From an uncultured Candidatus Peribacteria bacterium (GTDB lineage Bacteria > Patescibacteriota > Gracilibacteria > UBA1369 > 2-02-FULL-48-14), in NCBI GenBank assembly GCA_964601715.1, contig CAZROM010000003.1:36533-95733 (forward strand): 59,201 nt of DNA, in the 5' to 3' direction. The notes beneath the pieces were generated by a model. That model was given only the letters and a program-made list of their open reading frames with translations, did not search any database and had not been told where the DNA came from. Below, one piece after another: positions 55,086 through 59,201 of the stretch. A program made the translations under genes and the position numbers. Positions within the stretch are counted from its first letter, which is position 1. Each line of letters begins with the position of its first letter.

Positions 55086-55496
55086 TTAGAAGACTTGGGT
55101 CTCAAGATACACCATTCCCATGTAAAAAAGAATGGCAAGGAAGCCAAACATGGGCAAACGAGCTTCGGTGATGAACTTAGCGTGCCACGCAATCACACGA
55201 GGGAAGAGGTGAGCGATTCCTTTGAGGATCATGAGCACCGCGAGCCAAGAGAGGACGATTTGGGAGTTCCAATTCCACGAAACGCTAGGGAACATTTCAC
55301 CAACACTCCAGAATTTTAGATCAAAGCCGGTGCTGATCACGACGATGAGAGCGAAGAAAAACAAAAAGAGACTGCTCATGAATTGCAGGGCAGGGGACGC
55401 GAACCACTCCTTGAGGATTTTCATCATGCGAGCGGGTGAGAGCACCATCATCAAACACATGGGGAGCACGAAGAGAGCAAGAAGTTGGAGCGTCAT
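55086..55496 (-). CDS. Hypothetical integral membrane protein (about 4 TM)
   Basis: 136 aa, hydrophobic throughout, 3-nt gap to the downstream gene. Confidence 0.6.
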   Translation of the reverse strand: MTLQLLALFVLPMCLMMVLSPARMMKILKEWFASPALQFMSSLFLFFFALIVVISTGFDLKFWSVGEMFPSVSWNWNSQIVLSWLAVLMILKGIAHLFPRVIAWHAKFITEARLPMFGFLAILFYMGMVYLETQVF

Positions 55497-55547
55497 AGGG
55501 CGTGGTTAGGTGCACACACTATAACGCTTCGATGAAATTGAGACAAA

Positions 55548-55841
55548 TTAGTCCTGAGCTTCAACCATTTCTTCAGCTTCAGCGAAGGCTTCTTCGAAGT
55601 CTTCTTTTTCAGCTTCGTAAGCGGCTTGTGCTTCTTCAAAGCTTTCGTCGTCGGCTTGTTCGAGTTCGTCGAGGCTCATTTCCAAAGATTCAGCGTCGCG
55701 GCGAAGTGCGTTGATGCTTTCCATTTCGGAACCGTTTTCATCTTCATCTGCGTTGGCGAGAAGTTCTTCGAGTTCATCCAAGCGTTCGCGGTATTCTTCG
55801 AGTTTCTCACGTTGTTGTTCAATGTAGTCGGTGCGATCCAT
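55548..55841 (-). CDS. Highly acidic coiled-coil protein
   Basis: 97 aa, very Glu/Asp-rich (EELLANADEDENGSEMES...EAEKEDFEEAFAEAEEMVEAQD). Confidence 0.55.
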   Translation of the reverse strand: MDRTDYIEQQREKLEEYRERLDELEELLANADEDENGSEMESINALRRDAESLEMSLDELEQADDESFEEAQAAYEAEKEDFEEAFAEAEEMVEAQD

Positions 55842-55854
55842 ACTTATTAATGTG

Positions 55855-57087
55855 TTAACGAATAAGTGGTTTCGAACGGAAGAATATCATAAAGACAGCC
55901 CATGCCAAGAGAATTAATGCAGCGGCTGTGAGCGTGGGTAAATTTTGATCCACCGAGACTAAAAAACCTGCTGCAATGGGAGGAATGGCTTGGCCTAAAG
56001 CACGCAAGGATTGAGTGATGCCCAAAGATTCCCCTTGGTCTTCGGCGCTCGAGAGTTTTGAAACGATGCTGGTTTCGTTGGGGAAGTTGAGTCCTTCAAA
56101 AACCGCTAAGATGGGCTGGAGGAGATAAAGAATAGTGACGTTTCCAGATAAGACACTCAGGAAGAGCGAAACGCTGAGTCCGAGCATGGAAACGCGCAGC
56201 ACTTTTTCGGGTGCAAAATATTTGGAAATGTGACGAGTGAGAAAGCCTTGGCAGAAGGCGATCCAAATTCCGATGTAGCCGAACATGGCGCCAATGGCGG
56301 CTTCTTGAAAGTGGAATTTTTGAACGAGAAAAACAGGAAAGAATTGAGTGAAGAAGCAAAAGCCAAGGCTGTGCAGAAAGATTACAATGAAGATGCTGCG
56401 GAGCTTGTGCATTTTTACGGCTTTGGCCAAATGCGAGAAACCGATGAACGCGTGAATTTTTTTAGCGACGCGCGTCTTGAGAGTTTCTTTGAAGGCGAAT
56501 TCCACCAAGAGCAAGTTGATGGTCGATAAGCCTGCTGCGAACCAGAATGGAGTGGCGGAGCTGAACCAGCTGACGAGGGAAGGATCCGCGAGCAATCCTC
56601 CCAAAAAAGGTCCGATGATGAAACCGAGTCCAAAGGCCATGCCCACGAGGCCAAAGTTTTTGGTGCGTGTTTCGGGCGTGCTCATGTCCGAAATGGCGGA
56701 ATTCGCCACCCCGATGTTTCCACCCGTGAATCCATCCAGAACACGACTCACATAGAGCAGCCACAATTGATTGGTGTAGAGGCCCACGGCGAAGAGTACG
56801 TAGCCCAAAATTGTTCCCATCAGTGAGAGGCTGAGCAGTCGTTTGCGCCCGTGTTTGTCGGATAAGGTGCCCAAAATGGGTGAGCCAAAAAATTGTGCCA
56901 AAGGGTAGGCGGCGATCAAAAATCCTAGAGCAATGTTGCGCGCTTCATTGCTCCATGAGGTAGGAACAATGCTGGCGGCAGGGTCCAAAAATAACGGTGC
57001 CAAGACGGGAATCAAAATTCCCACTCCTACAAGATCGATGAAAATGATGCAGAAGAGTGTGAAAAGGTTGTTCTTTTTTTGAAACAT
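55855..57087 (-). CDS. MFS transporter (drug/H+ antiporter-like, 12 TM)
   Basis: MFS motif A GTLSDKHGRKRLL. 410 aa. Confidence 0.88.
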   Translation of the reverse strand: MFQKKNNLFTLFCIIFIDLVGVGILIPVLAPLFLDPAASIVPTSWSNEARNIALGFLIAAYPLAQFFGSPILGTLSDKHGRKRLLSLSLMGTILGYVLFAVGLYTNQLWLLYVSRVLDGFTGGNIGVANSAISDMSTPETRTKNFGLVGMAFGLGFIIGPFLGGLLADPSLVSWFSSATPFWFAAGLSTINLLLVEFAFKETLKTRVAKKIHAFIGFSHLAKAVKMHKLRSIFIVIFLHSLGFCFFTQFFPVFLVQKFHFQEAAIGAMFGYIGIWIAFCQGFLTRHISKYFAPEKVLRVSMLGLSVSLFLSVLSGNVTILYLLQPILAVFEGLNFPNETSIVSKLSSAEDQGESLGITQSLRALGQAIPPIAAGFLVSVDQNLPTLTAAALILLAWAVFMIFFRSKPLIR

Positions 57088-57093
57088 TTAGAC

Positions 57094-57564
57094 TCAGTTG
57101 AGTTGAAGGATTTGATAGGTCAGGAAGGAGGCGAATCCAATCCAAACTGCGTAAGGCAAAAGCAAGGCGCTGGCGAGTTTTGAATTTTTCCAGCTGAGAA
57201 CCATGATGGCGAGTACGGTGGCTTCGAGGACCAGCATTTCCGCAAAAGCCCATTCGATTTGGTGAAGACCAAAGAAGAGAGTGCTCCAGAAGACGTTCAA
57301 GACTCCGTTCACGAGGAAGAGGGACATGATGGCTTTGAAGCGATCGTCACGTTTGAATTTGTTCCAAATGAGCAAGGCGCTGATGGTTGCCGTGATGAAG
57401 ATGATGTTCCAAGCCACGGGGAAAACCCAGCTTGGGGGAGTGAGTTCGGGGCGAACCAAAACTGTGTTGTACCAGTCCATTCCGTTGCTGCTGAAGTAAG
57501 AACCAAGACCGGCTACAAGAACAGTGGTGAGCGGAAGGACGCTCCAATAGGGTTTGAATTTCAT
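57094..57564 (-). CDS. tspO: TspO/MBR tryptophan-rich sensory protein
   Basis: 156 aa, 5 TM. WYNTVLVRPELTPPSWVFPVAWNIIFI and LLLPYAVWIGFASFLTY. Confidence 0.88.
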   Translation of the reverse strand: MKFKPYWSVLPLTTVLVAGLGSYFSSNGMDWYNTVLVRPELTPPSWVFPVAWNIIFITATISALLIWNKFKRDDRFKAIMSLFLVNGVLNVFWSTLFFGLHQIEWAFAEMLVLEATVLAIMVLSWKNSKLASALLLPYAVWIGFASFLTYQILQLN

Positions 57565-57605
57565 GAGTTGGCGTGAAAGAATGTGGCGTCAGTATACTTT
57601 TAAAG

Positions 57606-58259
57606 ATGCCAAGAAAAAAGCTGAAACATTTTGAGGAAATGAAAACATGGACGCATGTTTTGGAGCCCGATGCACCCGGTCGTTTTAGTATTGAAAAGGC
57701 CAATTCGTATCGAGGAACTTGGGGCAAGAAAGTGATTTTGGAACTGGGTTGTGGGCGCGGCACTTACACGGTTGCTTTGGCGCAGCGTCTTTCGGACGTG
57801 CATTTGATTGGTGTGGATTTGAAAGGTTCGAGGCTGTGGCATGGCGCAAAAAAAGCCATGGATTTGGGTTTGAAGAATGTCACGTTTCTTCGCTCGCACA
57901 TCCAAGCGCTGCCCGCTTTTTTTGCGCTCCAAGAAATCGACGAAATTTGGATCACTTTTCCCGATCCGCATCCCACCGAAGGCAATGAGCGCCGCCGTTT
58001 GACCTCGCCACGTTTTTTGGCGCTCTATTTGCCTCTCCTCAAAAAAGGTGGTCGCATTCATTTGAAAACCGACAACGAAGCTCTGTTCCGTTACAGCCTT
58101 GGTTCTTTTGAAGAGATGGGGCTCAAGACGCTTGAACATTTTGAGGATGTGCATCACGAGGCGCCAGAAGGCTCCTTGCTGCGCGAGGTTCGCACGCAAT
58201 ACGAAGAGATTTACTTAAAAAAAGGCCAGCCGATCTTCTATGTGTGTGGGGAAAAGTAA
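57606..58259 (+). CDS. trmB: tRNA (guanine46-N7)-methyltransferase
   Basis: ILELGCGRGTYTVALA (SAM motif I) and WITFPDPHP...ERRRLTSPRFL. ATG at 57606 (the ORF opens at a GTG at 57573). Confidence 0.88.
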   Translation: MPRKKLKHFEEMKTWTHVLEPDAPGRFSIEKANSYRGTWGKKVILELGCGRGTYTVALAQRLSDVHLIGVDLKGSRLWHGAKKAMDLGLKNVTFLRSHIQALPAFFALQEIDEIWITFPDPHPTEGNERRRLTSPRFLALYLPLLKKGGRIHLKTDNEALFRYSLGSFEEMGLKTLEHFEDVHHEAPEGSLLREVRTQYEEIYLKKGQPIFYVCGEK

Positions 58260-58286
58260 AAAACGCTTATTGGTACGTTGTAACAA

Positions 58287-59201
58287 TTAGAGCTTTTTGG
58301 TTTTTTCTGTCGTGCTGGGCTTCTTCCCGCCGAGGGTGATGAGCTGGCCGCAGGCGGCGGCAATGTCGTCACCCATGGTTTTGCGGATCGTGATTTCGAC
58401 ACCAGCTTTTTCGACCAAATCGCGGAAGCGGTGAATTTGGTTGTTGGTGCTGCGTTCCACTCCCATGTCGGTGAAGTTGTAGGGGATGAGGTTGATTTTA
58501 ACCTGTCCGACTTCATTTGCGAATTGAGCGAGCACGTAGGCGTGGTCTTCGGTGTCGTTCACATTTTTGAGCATGACGTACTCAAAAGTAAGGTGATGAC
58601 GTCGGTTGCCGTGGACTTTTTGGTACTTCAAAATCCATTCGTGCAGGCGAGGAATGAATCCTTCAAAAGTGCTGGGCACGATCTGTTTTCGAGTTTCGGG
58701 AATGGCGCTGTGCAGCGAAATGGCGATGCGGGTGTCGGGCCAGTCGGGATCGGTGAGGATTTGTTCGAGCACAGGCAAAACACCCACGGTGGACACAGTG
58801 ATTTTGGTGGGTCCGAGGTCGGTGTGCGCAAGCCATGTTTGAATGGTCTTTTTCACATTTTCGTAATTGGCGAGAGGTTCGCCCATCCCCATGAAGACGA
58901 CGTTGCTGATGCGTTGAGGGAGGCCCGGTTGTTCGGCGAGGAAGCTTTGCCAAAAGCGGTATTGGTCCATGATTTCGTCTGCAGTCAGACTGCGGGTGAG
59001 GCCCATTTTTCCAGTGGCACAGAATCCACAACGCATGGCGCATCCCACTTGGGAGGAGACACAGATCGTCCATTGATCGCGCATGTTTTCCATCAGCACG
59101 GTTTCGACGAGGTTTCCGTCGGCGAGTTTGATCAGCACTTTGTAGGTGTCTTTGCGGCTGGAGCAGAGCACGGTTTGAGCCTCGCCACTCATCCAAGGAA
59201 G
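58287..59201 (-). CDS. rlmN: Radical-SAM 23S rRNA/tRNA A2503/A37 C2-methyltransferase RlmN, 5' end probably beyond the window
   Basis: CVSSQVGCAMRCGFCATG (CxxxCxxC), GMGEPLAN and a C-terminal AAACGQL. The frame stays open to nt 59201, and the usual N-terminal domain is missing if the ATG at 59192 is used. Confidence 0.88.
   Translation of the reverse strand, partial: LPWMSGEAQTVLCSSRKDTYKVLIKLADGNLVETVLMENMRDQWTICVSSQVGCAMRCGFCATGKMGLTRSLTADEIMDQYRFWQSFLAEQPGLPQRISNVVFMGMGEPLANYENVKKTIQTWLAHTDLGPTKITVSTVGVLPVLEQILTDPDWPDTRIAISLHSAIPETRKQIVPSTFEGFIPRLHEWILKYQKVHGNRRHHLTFEYVMLKNVNDTEDHAYVLAQFANEVGQVKINLIPYNFTDMGVERSTNNQIHRFRDLVEKAGVEITIRKTMGDDIAAACGQLITLGGKKPSTTEKTKKL

Noticed and set aside
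1-59201. Alternative genetic code (UGA recoding), or prophage, IS or ICE content
   Set aside because: All conserved genes give full-length products with standard stops, including TGA stops. No integrase, transposase, relaxase, capsid, terminase or reverse-transcriptase motif was seen in any frame.

Overview
This 59.2-kb window is very gene-dense and reads cleanly with the standard genetic code. It holds about 65 protein genes and one RNase P RNA. I found no tRNA, rRNA, CRISPR array, transposase, integrase or reverse transcriptase. The housekeeping backbone is: ackA / phosphoketolase / pta, gltX, ftsK, secA, an ECF sigma factor with a putative anti-sigma factor, a polyprenyl-phosphate sugar transferase, rnpB, galU, hsp20, ftsH, tilS, metG, dus, ftsQ, class II ribonucleotide reductase nrdJ, trmB and rlmN (cut by the window end). 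Several features suggest a small-genome Patescibacteria/CPR-like bacterium, though this is inference only: tight packing with 1-4 nt start/stop overlaps and overlapping convergent gene ends, many lineage-specific small lipoproteins, and two separate pilus-type loci. The main accessory content is as follows. (1) A 5-kb translationally coupled minus-strand operon (39311-44331) encodes a soluble FtsK/HerA/VirD4-type ATPase, four VirB2/TrbC-like pilin paralogues (one an internal tandem duplication, one with an 8-Cys ectodomain) and a lipoprotein, with no other type IV secretion parts in the window. This is my best candidate for a poorly described system. (2) A type IV pilus block (pilN-pilO-pilC, three prepilins, a PilX-like protein) has no ATPase, PilM or prepilin peptidase in the window, and all three prepilins carry Ala rather than Gly at position -1. 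(3) An AT-richer 1238-aa murein hydrolase without a signal peptide combines LysM-like, M15/LAS peptidase and lytic transglycosylase motifs. (4) An AT-rich islet carries a SpoU methyltransferase, vapBC and an unknown gene. (5) An 81-bp tandem repeat sits at the window start, and its 30-nt core recurs 52 kb away. (6) An orphan promoter/terminator pair next to rnpB could be a small RNA or an attenuator. All family calls come from motifs read by eye; no database search was run.
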